The notes: generated by a model from the sequence alone, not told the origin. 64,000 bases of DNA from a virus (IMGVR_UViG_3300028586_000020:1-64000); one strand, 5' to 3'. Shown: positions 15,429 to 25,568, counted from the stretch's first letter. Translations and numbers: made by a program.

Positions 15429-18332
15429 TTAGAATTGTTGCTTGACGATGACTTGAGCGCCCGGACCCACATTGACCGGGTATTTGCCATCTACGCTTGT
15501 TTCAAGGGTGGCCAAGGTATCTGCCACATAGTTCCCTGGCGCACCACCAGCAGCGCCTGGGAAGGTTACTCCCAAAGCAGCAAACGGTGAAGAAGGCCCG
15601 CCTGAGGTAGGTGGGTTATACGCAACTGTGCCTGGCACCGCAGGGTTATAATTGGCCGTGCCTGGTACAGTAGGATTGTACGAAGCATTGCCGGGTGTAT
15701 CAGGGTTGTAATTGGCTGTCCCTGGAACCGCTGGATTATAATTGGCTGTACCGGGAGCCGGTGGGTTGTAGTTGGCATTGCCAGGAATCGACGGATTATA
15801 CGTTGTCGGATTCACATAGCTCGGATTGGTGTACGCTGGATTGTACACGGCTGGGTTGGTCGAAGATGGATTCGTCGTTGGCGGGTTGCTGTATTCTGCT
15901 GCGTACGATCCTGGATTGGTGTTACCTGGTATCCAGGAAGGTGGATTCACATTGCCCGGTGTGAAGGTGCCTGGATTGGTGATGGTGGCCCCAGGGAATA
16001 CACAGAACATTGAATACTGCCAGCCCTGGTCATTGGTCAGCCATTCTGGATACGATCCTTCAGGACAGCTTAAGTCACCAGGGTGGCTACCATAAGGCGC
16101 AGAGATGTAGCCATCTGGACCTAATTGATAACGGTACCCTTCTTCATACGTCGTGTTGCCCGGTGTGAAGGTGCCGGGGTTGGTGGCGCCTGGTGCGTAA
16201 TTGCCTGGATTGCTATTACCCGGTGTGTACACCGCCGGCACATAGTTACCAGGCGTGGTATTGCCGGGCACCGTGTTACCAGGGATATACGAAGCAGGAA
16301 CAGGGTTGCCAGGCACATAGTTGCCTGGAATTGCCGTGCCGGGCGTACTCGGGTTGGTATTGGCATACGTTCCCGGTGTCGGTGGGTTGTACCCGGTAAG
16401 GTTTCCGCCGCTGTTGGGATTGTATCCTGCCACATTGCCTGGGGTGGCCGGATTGTACCCAATCAAATTTCCACCTGTTGGCGGATTATACCCTGCAATC
16501 TCCGCCGGTTTTGACGGGTTATACACAACATTTCCTGGCGATGGTAAATTATAATTTGCATTCCCAGGTATTACGGGATTGTAATTGGCATTACCGCCGG
16601 AAGGGCTATTGTAGACAGGTGTGCCTGGTACGATAGGGTTGTAGTTGGCATTTCCGCCTGTGGGCGGATTGTAGTTCGCGTTACCGGGCGTAGGTGGATT
16701 GTAATTCGCATTGCCCGGAATCGTCGGATTGTAATTCGCATTGCCACCTGTCGGTGGGTTATAGTTCACATTGCCCGGTGTGCTTGGGTTTTGCGAGAAG
16801 GTCGGTGGGTTGGTGTACGACGCGTTCGATGGCCCAGGGGTGTACACGTACGTATAGTTCACCTCGTAGTAGCTACCGCCCCGACCACCAAAGCGTGGTG
16901 GATCATACACGGTGTACGGCGCCAGTTCAGGATTACCTGGCACGCTCCAACCTTCATACGCCCAACCCTCTTCTTGCTCTTCATAGAGCGAATTGTTGCG
17001 ATAGAAGGAGTTGGCCCAACCTTCTTTGGTGCCAGGATTGGCATAACCTGCAACGAAGTTACCAGGATGGGTGACGACGTTCCCGCCTGTGGGCGGATTG
17101 GTATTGGCGTACGTGCCAGGGATAGTGGGGTTGTAGTTGGCTACATTCCCACCTGTAGGCGGATTGGTGCTGACGTAGTTCCCTGGCGTACTCGGGTTAT
17201 AGTTCGCCAACGTACCTGGTACCGGAGGATTGTAGTTCGCTACGTTCCCTGGAGTTGGCGCGTTGACAATTGGATTGCCTCCCGCAGAAGGGTTGTAACC
17301 CGACACAGTGCCCACCACTGGCGGATTGTAGTTTGCGTTACCCGGCACTACTGGGTTATAGTTCGCGTTGCCACCAGAAGGCGGATTATACGCGACAGTC
17401 CCTGGTGTGTACGACGGCGGATTGGTGTAGGCTGGTACTGCCGTTGGTGGGTTGGTGTACGTTGTGCCCGCAGTATACGTCGGTGGGTTGTAATACGCAG
17501 GCGAATAGTTGCCCGGATTCGCTCCGTTGTTACCTGGCGTGTACGTGCCTTGGTTGGTACCAGGGTTGCCGGGTGTGTACGTGCCCGGATTGGTATTGCC
17601 CGGTTGGAACGTCGTACATACCCGATGTGGCTTACCAGCGTCGTCGGTATCGTAACCGGCAAACGACCATCCCACCGGACAGGCTTGCATACCACCTGGT
17701 CCATACCCCGTGAAGATTTCTTGATAATCACCTGGATTGGTGTTACCTGGCGTATAGGTCGATGGGTTGGTATAAGGATTGCCGGGCGTGAACGTAGGTG
17801 GGTTGCTATACGGATTACCAGGCGTATAAGCCGCCGGCACCAGTGTGCCCGGAGCGTAGTAGTTCGGGTTGCTGCCGCTGTTACCCGGAATGTTGTAGGC
17901 TGGCGAATAGTTCCCTGGCGTGTACACCGGTGGATTGGTGTATTGGGCGCCTGGCACTACGGGATTGTAGTTTGCAACGTTGCCGCCACCGGGCGGGTTG
18001 TAGTTGGCGACCGTTCCAGGAACAGACGGATTGTAATTGGCATTACCGGGGATTGTCGGATTGTAATTCGCATTGCCCGGTACCACCGGGTTATACCCCA
18101 CGATGTTGCCAGGCGTGTTGGGATTGTAGCCCGAAATGGTGCCATTGTTGGAAGGATTGTACATGATGTTGCCGGGAACGGTGGAGTTCCCTGGCGAACC
18201 AGTACCGGAGACGAGCACGGACGATTTGCCGTATTCCAATGTGACTGTACCTGGCGCATTAAAAATGGAGGTACTTGGAACAATACGGGCATTCGTTCGT
18301 TCACGCCGAAGCTTTTGCGTTAAACGAGTCAT
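15429..18332 (-). CDS. Pro/Gly/Asn/Tyr-rich repeat fibre-like protein (967 aa)
   Basis: Dozens of NANYNPxxPG and TxTPGN units between short non-repeat N- and C-terminal segments. Confidence 0.85.
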   Translation of the reverse strand: MTRLTQKLRRERTNARIVPSTSIFNAPGTVTLEYGKSSVLVSGTGSPGNSTVPGNIMYNPSNNGTISGYNPNTPGNIVGYNPVVPGNANYNPTIPGNANYNPSVPGTVANYNPPGGGNVANYNPVVPGAQYTNPPVYTPGNYSPAYNIPGNSGSNPNYYAPGTLVPAAYTPGNPYSNPPTFTPGNPYTNPSTYTPGNTNPGDYQEIFTGYGPGGMQACPVGWSFAGYDTDDAGKPHRVCTTFQPGNTNPGTYTPGNPGTNQGTYTPGNNGANPGNYSPAYYNPPTYTAGTTYTNPPTAVPAYTNPPSYTPGTVAYNPPSGGNANYNPVVPGNANYNPPVVGTVSGYNPSAGGNPIVNAPTPGNVANYNPPVPGTLANYNPSTPGNYVSTNPPTGGNVANYNPTIPGTYANTNPPTGGNVVTHPGNFVAGYANPGTKEGWANSFYRNNSLYEEQEEGWAYEGWSVPGNPELAPYTVYDPPRFGGRGGSYYEVNYTYVYTPGPSNASYTNPPTFSQNPSTPGNVNYNPPTGGNANYNPTIPGNANYNPPTPGNANYNPPTGGNANYNPIVPGTPVYNSPSGGNANYNPVIPGNANYNLPSPGNVVYNPSKPAEIAGYNPPTGGNLIGYNPATPGNVAGYNPNSGGNLTGYNPPTPGTYANTNPSTPGTAIPGNYVPGNPVPASYIPGNTVPGNTTPGNYVPAVYTPGNSNPGNYAPGATNPGTFTPGNTTYEEGYRYQLGPDGYISAPYGSHPGDLSCPEGSYPEWLTNDQGWQYSMFCVFPGATITNPGTFTPGNVNPPSWIPGNTNPGSYAAEYSNPPTTNPSSTNPAVYNPAYTNPSYVNPTTYNPSIPGNANYNPPAPGTANYNPAVPGTANYNPDTPGNASYNPTVPGTANYNPAVPGTVAYNPPTSGGPSSPFAALGVTFPGAAGGAPGNYVADTLATLETSVDGKYPVNVGPGAQVIVKQQF

Positions 18333-18347
18333 TCTACCCTGCCTTCA

Positions 18348-19583
18348 TTAACGGGTGTTCTTGTTCGACAGCGAACCAGTCCAGGTTGCCATGTTGTCTT
18401 CCGACCAGAAGTACCAGACGTCTTTGGCGCCCGCTGCGGTGGTGCGCGCTGGTGTGACACCATCGACCCACTTGACATTGCTTGGCCAAGCAATAGCGAA
18501 AGCAGTCGGCACGTTGGCGTTGATGGTACTGACCGAGAACTCGACGACTTGACCTGCCATATCACCGACATTACGGATATCAAAGCCGATGGCGCCATTG
18601 GCACTGACGGTCACTTGGTAAGCGCCGGCTTGGCTAATATCGATGGCGATGGTGCCATTCATCGGGATCTTCACCAGATTTTGCGAACCCAGTCCAGTGA
18701 ACTTTGGACGATCCATATTGGCCTTTTGATTGACCACGGCGATCAATGCTTTGTGTAACGCTTGCAGTTTGCACAGCGCGCTTAACACGCTATCGGTTTC
18801 CGACAGGTTTTCTGGCTCGACTTCGGTGAGGCTGGTAAGTTTGGCAGCCAACGCACGCGATTCAGTGAAATACTTGTTGATCTCACCTTCTGGTACGTTG
18901 TCTGTGGTGCGGGTTAAGTTCAACAACGCTTGTTCGACGTAGAGCTCCATTTGCTCGACTGTCGGCACGCCCAGGTCAACAGCAGTGAGGTTGTGGGCAT
19001 TGCCTTGCTGGTTGATGTGCTGCGTCATTGCTGAGCTGGCTTGGGTCAGAATCGCATCGACCATGCGGTTAAGGGCAGCCAACACACTGCTCATGCCGAC
19101 CATGTCCTTCAGATTCCACTCATGGGGCACGGGTGGGAAGATGTCCGGGTAACCTGCCACTTGGTCCCAGCTGGTGGTACGGGGGTTGTAGACTTTGTCT
19201 GCCAGGATTTCTGCTGTCTTGTTGGCATCGACCGTCCACTCGCCACCGAGCGTTTGGTAAGGGTTAAAGATGACGGTACCACGCAGCTCATTGTTGAGCA
19301 TGGTGATCGAACCCTTCACCGGTTTTTGGCATGCCTTACTGGCGCCGATGAAATGGTGTGAGAAATAAAAATCTACTCCTTCCACGAGTGGGCGAATGTC
19401 CCCCTGCAACGACTTGAAGTTGAGCGTCATGCTTTCAGCAAAGAACGGCGTCGCTTTCGGAATCAGGAAAATGAAGTTCTCATCGCTCCCGCCGAGCAAA
19501 GGTTGCAGTTCGCCAACGACCCTGTTCGTCGCAGCTTGACCGGTAGGATCGAAAGGATATTGCGGGCTTGTGATAGTAGACAT
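18348..19583 (-). CDS. phiKZ-type tail or baseplate fibre protein
   Basis: YPFDPTGQAATNRVVGE...WDQVAGYPDIFPPVPHEW; C-terminal AWPSNVKW...SEDNMATWTG; paralog of 11505..12566. Confidence 0.7.
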   Translation of the reverse strand: MSTITSPQYPFDPTGQAATNRVVGELQPLLGGSDENFIFLIPKATPFFAESMTLNFKSLQGDIRPLVEGVDFYFSHHFIGASKACQKPVKGSITMLNNELRGTVIFNPYQTLGGEWTVDANKTAEILADKVYNPRTTSWDQVAGYPDIFPPVPHEWNLKDMVGMSSVLAALNRMVDAILTQASSAMTQHINQQGNAHNLTAVDLGVPTVEQMELYVEQALLNLTRTTDNVPEGEINKYFTESRALAAKLTSLTEVEPENLSETDSVLSALCKLQALHKALIAVVNQKANMDRPKFTGLGSQNLVKIPMNGTIAIDISQAGAYQVTVSANGAIGFDIRNVGDMAGQVVEFSVSTINANVPTAFAIAWPSNVKWVDGVTPARTTAAGAKDVWYFWSEDNMATWTGSLSNKNTR

Positions 19584-19693
19584 GAAAAGCACCTTTTTGA
19601 AGGTCGGAGAAATAATGCCGGGATAATGTTATGTTAGGTCCAAGCGACTATATTATCTCGGCGTTTCGCCTCTACAAGCAAAGGATTTTCCCC

Positions 19694-20944
19694 ATGTATA
19701 ACCTGGTTTCTGCCATTGTAAAGCCAGTTGACAGCGGTGGTCGGTGGCGTAGCATGGGCATTGAAAACGTCCCGCTGAACAACTTGTACAACGATTTTAA
19801 ACGCGTGATTGTCACGCTCTCCAGCCCGGTCTTAACTGCGCCGGTCAGTTTAGAGATGGAATTGCTGCGCGCTGAATTAGGCGGGCTGACCCAAACCTTT
19901 GGTCAATGGTTACAAGAAAACGGGAACGCAACGCTTCCCACATCCAATTCCCTGCCCACGATCAATACCCGTTACGCCCATTTCTCCGACGCCATTCGTT
20001 CAGGTTACAAGGCTACCCCTACCCACCCGACGATCTCGCCTTCGAGCCCGATTCCATTGTCGAGTAAGACCTACGCGATTCTCACCCGTCCTGAAGCAGA
20101 TTACGAATACATGTATCGTCGCACGCTCGTTAGCGTCAATGGCTTTTACCATCAAACCGATTACAGTGTCGAAGGTCTCTTTGTCACTGACGCCATGAAG
20201 ACGTGCTTGAAAGCGGGACGCAATGAAATCGGGTTGTTGTCGTTTGAAGCGCTGGGTACATTGCAGTTTTTGCAAATCAAAGACGACATGATTTACACCC
20301 ATCGTCCTCAGCAAAAGCTGCGTTATAATTGCTACGTGGATACCGGTGTCGATCTCTCGAACAAGACGGTGATGTTGGTGTTGGGTGGGTATTTACACAC
20401 GCTTGACAAGCGCACGTTCTACCGGATCAGCGCTACCGCCTTCGGGATCGACTTCGGCCAGATTCCTTTGGTGGACCGCTATTACGAATCCTACGACACC
20501 ATTGATTTGGAGGAATTGGGATTAGAGCGTTCGGACACCAACAGCAGCCAAGTCGGGATCAACAATCTCTTTAGCGACGAGGTATTGCGGCGTTATTTGC
20601 AGTTGTCGCAAAGTTTCTTTGTGGTGCTCGACAACCAAGAAATCTTCACCGACGTCGTTGAAGTCAAGCCATCGCCTTTCCCTGGCACCTACACGTCTAG
20701 CATCACGCCTGTCTATCCACTGATGGTGGGTCACGGTCGTCATGAAGTTTTCTGGCCACGTAAAGAGCATGACCGTTTCTCGGTCAACATCAATACGCAG
20801 GCTGCCTGGACAGCGCCTAAGAACTACGAGACCGTCCAGACCCGTAGCGAGAATTCGGTCAGCGATGCCAAGTTCGCTGCTTTGGGTTTCCGCAATTCGC
20901 AAGCCCACTTCCAACTCATCGGTACTGACATTTACGTTCCTTAA
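19694..20944 (+). CDS. Conserved phiKZ-like virion structural protein
   Basis: Long ORF; AAGGA RBS before ATG 19694; LVSVNGFYH and MLVLGGYLH motifs recalled from phiKZ-like structural proteins. Confidence 0.6.
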   Translation: MYNLVSAIVKPVDSGGRWRSMGIENVPLNNLYNDFKRVIVTLSSPVLTAPVSLEMELLRAELGGLTQTFGQWLQENGNATLPTSNSLPTINTRYAHFSDAIRSGYKATPTHPTISPSSPIPLSSKTYAILTRPEADYEYMYRRTLVSVNGFYHQTDYSVEGLFVTDAMKTCLKAGRNEIGLLSFEALGTLQFLQIKDDMIYTHRPQQKLRYNCYVDTGVDLSNKTVMLVLGGYLHTLDKRTFYRISATAFGIDFGQIPLVDRYYESYDTIDLEELGLERSDTNSSQVGINNLFSDEVLRRYLQLSQSFFVVLDNQEIFTDVVEVKPSPFPGTYTSSITPVYPLMVGHGRHEVFWPRKEHDRFSVNINTQAAWTAPKNYETVQTRSENSVSDAKFAALGFRNSQAHFQLIGTDIYVP

Positions 20945-20945
20945 A

Positions 20946-20988
20946 CGGCATAGCTCCCTCTACCCTACGGGGTAGAGGGAGGACTATG
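20946..20988. terminator. Bidirectional hairpin flanked by CATA and TATG
   Basis: cggcatag-ctccctctaccc-tacg-gggtagagggag-gactatg between convergent genes. Confidence 0.8.
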
Positions 20989-20994
20989 TTTGTG

Positions 20995-22041
20995 TTACAG
21001 ATCGATACAGATTTTGGGGAAAGTAAACGAGATAAACTTTTTGAGGGTATTCTCGATAAAGTCCATGATGGGTTTGAGTAATCCCAACGTCAGGTTGTGC
21101 ATGATGAGCTTGATCCCCATGGCGATATTCACGTCAGGGAAATTCATGTTCGGCACGAGTGGATCGGGGATAGCTGGTAGCGGTGGAAAACCAGGGAACG
21201 TGATAGATGCTAAGATGGCAGGCAAGTTAATCGATGGCAGTGTAGGCATACCAGGGATGGCTGGCAAAGAAGGCCAGTCGATGTTGGGCCACCCAGGAAA
21301 CTTCGGGATCTCCAAACTCAAGTTCGGTAATTGAATACCTGCAATCGCATTGCGCACCGCGTTTTTGACCATGTTTACCACTGAATCGAAACTCGGGAAA
21401 CTCGGCAGAGCAGGCATCGCTGCAATCTTTAACTTGTCCGTTACTTTCTTGATTAAGCCAATGACTGCGGTGGTCACGGTTTGCAAGTAGCCGCTCACCA
21501 ACGCCATCAAGGTGTGGGTAATTTCCAAGTCAGGAATTTTCAATGTTCCAAAGATGGGAATGGGGATAAACGGCAAATGCACTTTGTCAAGAATAGCTTG
21601 CTTAATGGCTGCCACCAACGCTTTGACATTCCCTGATACCAAGTCGACCAAATCGAAATTGGGTAGACCAGGTAACTTGGGTAAGAAACTGCCGATGTCC
21701 AATCCCAAGAATGAGAGCATGGGTTTGATCATGGCCATCAGCGTGGTTTGAAATTGAAACGATTGAAGCTGAATCGCGATCGTGACAAATTACAAATTCG
21801 GCATACGTAAACTACCGAGCAAAGGACTAGGCAATCCCAAGAGTGCCAAGGTAAAATCAGGTAACTTTGGGATAGCCGGTAAAGGTGGCCATTGAATATC
21901 GGGAATACCTGGAAACTTAGGTATTTCGAAATGGGGCAACTGAAAGTTCGGCAACGCCGGCGGGAAGGTCAGGAGCGGTCGAAACGCCGCCATGATGCCG
22001 TCAAAACTTGGAATGGGGGTGTCAACACAAATGTGTGGCAT
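20995..22041 (-). pseudogene. Pro/hydrophobic-rich protein split by a single in-frame TAA (21790-21792)
   Basis: ...LRMPNL*FVTIAIQLQSFQFQTTLMAMIKP... reads in frame across ORFs 21790..22041 and 20995..21738. Confidence 0.65.
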
Positions 22042-22054
22042 AACGCTACTCCTT

Positions 22055-22915
22055 TTACACGACAGTGGTATTGGGGCTAACCATCGTGGCTGCTGTATCG
22101 CCCTGGAACGTCACCGTACCACCTTTACCGTGCAATGCTTTGGAAGCGGTGGTGGTCACTGTCTCGGCTTTGGTGATTGAACTTTGCTGGACCATGTGCA
22201 CCATGTTCTTCGCTTTTACGGTGTAGGTTTCAGGCACCGTGATGGTTAAGTTCTTTTTGTTGATGTCGATCGATGTCCCATCGGGGTTTTGCATCGCCAT
22301 CTGCTTTTCTTTGAAGTCAATGATAAAAACATGGCCAGTGTCATCGCGGAATTGGAAATGTCCTTCTTTGGTGTTAAGTTGGATATCGACCGTGCAAAAT
22401 TCACCATTGGCTTTACTGGTATGGAAATTGACTTGCCCTTTGTGGGTCGACACTTCCATGTAGTAGTAGTTGTCACCGTTGACTTCAGCGCTCTCGTTTT
22501 GGGTGCCGCTCCAGGCATAGATCACCGTTTCGAGTTTGCGCAGTTTCAAGTCATCAAAGAGCCGCACCCAAAAGAAACGGTCTTCGTCAGAAAAGCGATA
22601 CAACATTACGATCGCGCCACGGCGCACATCAGGCGGGGTAAAGCGGTTGTCGCTCCCCAAGGGCAACCAGGTCGCCTCGACACTATTGGACGTGCCTGTC
22701 TTGATTTGGAACTCACCGCCTAACCGGTCTTGCGATTTGATGCTTTCGACAACGGTGCCTGACTTGATCTCGCCATCGAGCATTGGCAAATCTTCGATCG
22801 GGGTGACTTCCACGATGCGGCAAGGACCGCCGTCTTTCCCTTTGAGTTTCTTGTTTTCTGCCACCATGCCGAGGGAATAAGGCTTTAGTTCTGAAAACAT
22901 TTCCGGCATCAGCAT
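22055..22915 (-). CDS. Baseplate or spike-associated structural protein (phiKZ gp164-like)
   Basis: ATWLPLGSDNRFTPPDVRRGAIVMLYRF OB-fold-like motif followed by beta-strand repeats, as in gp5/VgrG-type spikes. Confidence 0.55.
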   Translation of the reverse strand: MLMPEMFSELKPYSLGMVAENKKLKGKDGGPCRIVEVTPIEDLPMLDGEIKSGTVVESIKSQDRLGGEFQIKTGTSNSVEATWLPLGSDNRFTPPDVRRGAIVMLYRFSDEDRFFWVRLFDDLKLRKLETVIYAWSGTQNESAEVNGDNYYYMEVSTHKGQVNFHTSKANGEFCTVDIQLNTKEGHFQFRDDTGHVFIIDFKEKQMAMQNPDGTSIDINKKNLTITVPETYTVKAKNMVHMVQQSSITKAETVTTTASKALHGKGGTVTFQGDTAATMVSPNTTVV

Positions 22916-22994
22916 GACTAGCTCCTGATCAGTAAAAATGAAAAATGATGGGGACTATCTATGTTCTGTAAGAGGCCCATAATAGAAAGCACCC

Positions 22995-25553
22995 ATGTAC
23001 CGAATTCTCTCTTTAACGCTAGAAGGTTGCCGGCGCTTGTTGGTTCCTGAGATCCGGAAAATCACCATCACTCCCCAGTCACCGATCCAACTGATCCTGG
23101 GCACCAACGGTTGCGGTAAGAGTTCGCTCATTGACTTACTCACCCCACTGCCGGCTGAAAAAGAATCCTTTGTCAAAGGAGGCAGCAAAACCATCCATAT
23201 CGAAAGCCACGGTCGTCACTATGTTTGCACGACCCGCGTTGAAAAGAGCGCTGAGCACAGTTTTGTAATGGAAGGTGAAGAACTCAATCCAGGCGGCACT
23301 GCCACCGTGCAGCTGGACTTGTGCAAGAAACACTTCAACGTTACCCTTGAATCTCACGAACTCATGAAGGGAAAGGTAAAGTTTACCGATCTCAAGCCTG
23401 CGGAGCGACGTGAGTGGATTATGTCGCTTTGTGAAGGCGACAATGAGTTTGCGTTAAACGCTTACGATAAAATCAGGCAGCACGCCAACTGGTTAACTGG
23501 CGCGCTGAAGATGAATCTCAAAAACCTCGGTAATGAAATTGCCAAGGTAATGTCAGAAGCTGAAGAAATCAAGTTAGAGCAAGAAGTCAACGCGCTGCGC
23601 TCAGAACTCCATATCTTGCAAGCTGAACGCATGCCGCTCGAACAGACGCCTAGTCAACACGCTAACGCGCGCGAACAAGCTCTGCGTACACTGCAAGAAG
23701 TATCGATGCGTTTGCTGCGTTTGAAAGTTGTCGCCCCTTACGAGTACGAATGCTGGTGGACGGATGTGGAACCAAACAAGCCACCACAACGTGCGCAGTT
23801 CCGTTCGCTCACAGAAGTGGATTACGAGATCGATCGTCTCAAGCACATCGTCACGAGTAAAGAGACGACACTGGTGAACGTTAACGAGCAATACACCAAG
23901 CTGCAACACCAGCACGATGTATTGATCAAAACTGGCGCAGAAGGCGTGCAAAGCATCGACCGTCAACTGCAAGCGCTGCGCATCGAACGCACGAGTAAAG
24001 TCAATCGTCTGCGGCTGGGTTTACATTTCAGTGACGCCAGGAACGCACACCAAGCATTGGCTGCCATCGACACAGCCTTGGTGGATGTATTACGTAATCT
24101 ACCAGAAAACAGTGACCGCCGGTATGGTCGTGCACAATACGAAACGTTGCAAAAAGAAATGGTAGTGGCAACGGAGCAGCTTAATTTGCAGGTTGAATTC
24201 CTGCACCGTCTGCGAGCGCAGAAAGACCACGCTGATTTGCATCGCGGTGAAAACAAGCATAGCTGTCCTTCGTGCCACCATAGCTGGGTCGTGGGTATTG
24301 ACGAGAAACAATACGCGTTGATTGTGGCAGGCATCAAAGATGCGGATGCGAAGCTGGTGGCAATGCGAGAAAAGCACGCGGAGTTGATGAAGACGTTGGA
24401 AACCATCGAAGCGTATTTTGTTCAGTACCGCGAAGTGATGGCTTACACGCGCAACATCGTGATCTTGCAACCGTTCTGGGATTACTTGTTGGATTCGAAG
24501 TTAATCTTGGAGTCACCCAACGAAGCGGTGAGCGCTGTACAACACCTGCAACGTGATTTGCTTGTCTCTATCGAAATCCAAGAAATCGAAGAAAAGCTAG
24601 AAGAACTGACGAAGCTGCGTGCGCAAGCAGAAGAAGTCGGCGACGCTAACTTAACGGAAGTGCGTGCGCAAATGGATGCGGTGGCAGATAAGCTCGGCAC
24701 ACTCACCGCAGAACTCACCCATGTGCAACGCGCCGTCTCAGAGTACAGTGACTACCGACGTCAACTCAATACGGGCCTTCAGTTGGGCGAAGAACTTCAC
24801 CGACAGTATAACCTGGCCGAGAAAGAGCAATACGGCTACGTCGAAGCGTTTCGTCGTGAAAGTATTCAACACTGCCTGCGGGAAGTGGAGAATGCCATGT
24901 CGCTCAAAGAAGAGTCGTTGCGGGCAGTAAAACGTCAGAAGGATCTGGTAACTGCGCTCAAGCAACAGATCGCGAAATTGGAAGTGCAAGAAGCTGCCGC
25001 AAAAGCGATGGTGAATACGTTGTCGCCTAAGAACGGGTTGATTGCCCAAGGACTGATGGGATTTGTGCGTGCCTTTGTGGGACAAATGAATACCTACATC
25101 AACCGTATCTGGCGTTATCCTCTGCAAATTATCCCTACTGGTTTTGATGTAGAGAACAATGAGCAGACGGTGGATTTGGATTACAAGTTCAAACTCATCG
25201 TGGAACGGGAAAACAACATCATCAAAGATGTATCGTTGGGTAGTGAAGGGATTCAAGAAGTGGTGAACTTGGCGTTTGAGAGGATTGCTGCTAAGTACCT
25301 CAATCTCGCTGACGTGCCGCGCTTCTTGGATGAACGTGGTAAAGCATTTGATGACGAACACCGCAATGCGTTTACCGAAGCGATCAAGTGGGACATGGAT
25401 AACACCAATTGCCCACAGCTTTTCATGATTAGCCACTATGCCGTAGGTCATTCTGCGTTTTCGAATGCCGAGGTGTGTGTTATCGATAACCGCAACGTGG
25501 TACTGGCATCCGACTTAACCTACAACAAGCACGTTAATATCGTGCATCTTTAA
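22995..25553 (+). CDS. sbcC: SbcC/Rad50-like SMC ATPase
   Basis: Walker A GTNGCGKSS, long coiled coil with a CPSC zinc hook, LGSEG signature, Walker B FLDE. Confidence 0.9.
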   Translation: MYRILSLTLEGCRRLLVPEIRKITITPQSPIQLILGTNGCGKSSLIDLLTPLPAEKESFVKGGSKTIHIESHGRHYVCTTRVEKSAEHSFVMEGEELNPGGTATVQLDLCKKHFNVTLESHELMKGKVKFTDLKPAERREWIMSLCEGDNEFALNAYDKIRQHANWLTGALKMNLKNLGNEIAKVMSEAEEIKLEQEVNALRSELHILQAERMPLEQTPSQHANAREQALRTLQEVSMRLLRLKVVAPYEYECWWTDVEPNKPPQRAQFRSLTEVDYEIDRLKHIVTSKETTLVNVNEQYTKLQHQHDVLIKTGAEGVQSIDRQLQALRIERTSKVNRLRLGLHFSDARNAHQALAAIDTALVDVLRNLPENSDRRYGRAQYETLQKEMVVATEQLNLQVEFLHRLRAQKDHADLHRGENKHSCPSCHHSWVVGIDEKQYALIVAGIKDADAKLVAMREKHAELMKTLETIEAYFVQYREVMAYTRNIVILQPFWDYLLDSKLILESPNEAVSAVQHLQRDLLVSIEIQEIEEKLEELTKLRAQAEEVGDANLTEVRAQMDAVADKLGTLTAELTHVQRAVSEYSDYRRQLNTGLQLGEELHRQYNLAEKEQYGYVEAFRRESIQHCLREVENAMSLKEESLRAVKRQKDLVTALKQQIAKLEVQEAAAKAMVNTLSPKNGLIAQGLMGFVRAFVGQMNTYINRIWRYPLQIIPTGFDVENNEQTVDLDYKFKLIVERENNIIKDVSLGSEGIQEVVNLAFERIAAKYLNLADVPRFLDERGKAFDDEHRNAFTEAIKWDMDNTNCPQLFMISHYAVGHSAFSNAEVCVIDNRNVVLASDLTYNKHVNIVHL

Positions 25554-25568
25554 TCAAAAGGAAAACGC

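Noticed and set aside
16791-18323. 510-aa Arg/Val/Trp-rich ORF on the + strand
   Set aside because: Antisense shadow of the Pro/Asn/Tyr repeat gene; the repeats lack antisense stops
15429-18332. CRISPR array or true collagen
   Set aside because: The repeats are degenerate coding repeats of 30-33 nt without constant repeat-spacer structure; Gly spacing is about 5-11 residues, not G-x-y
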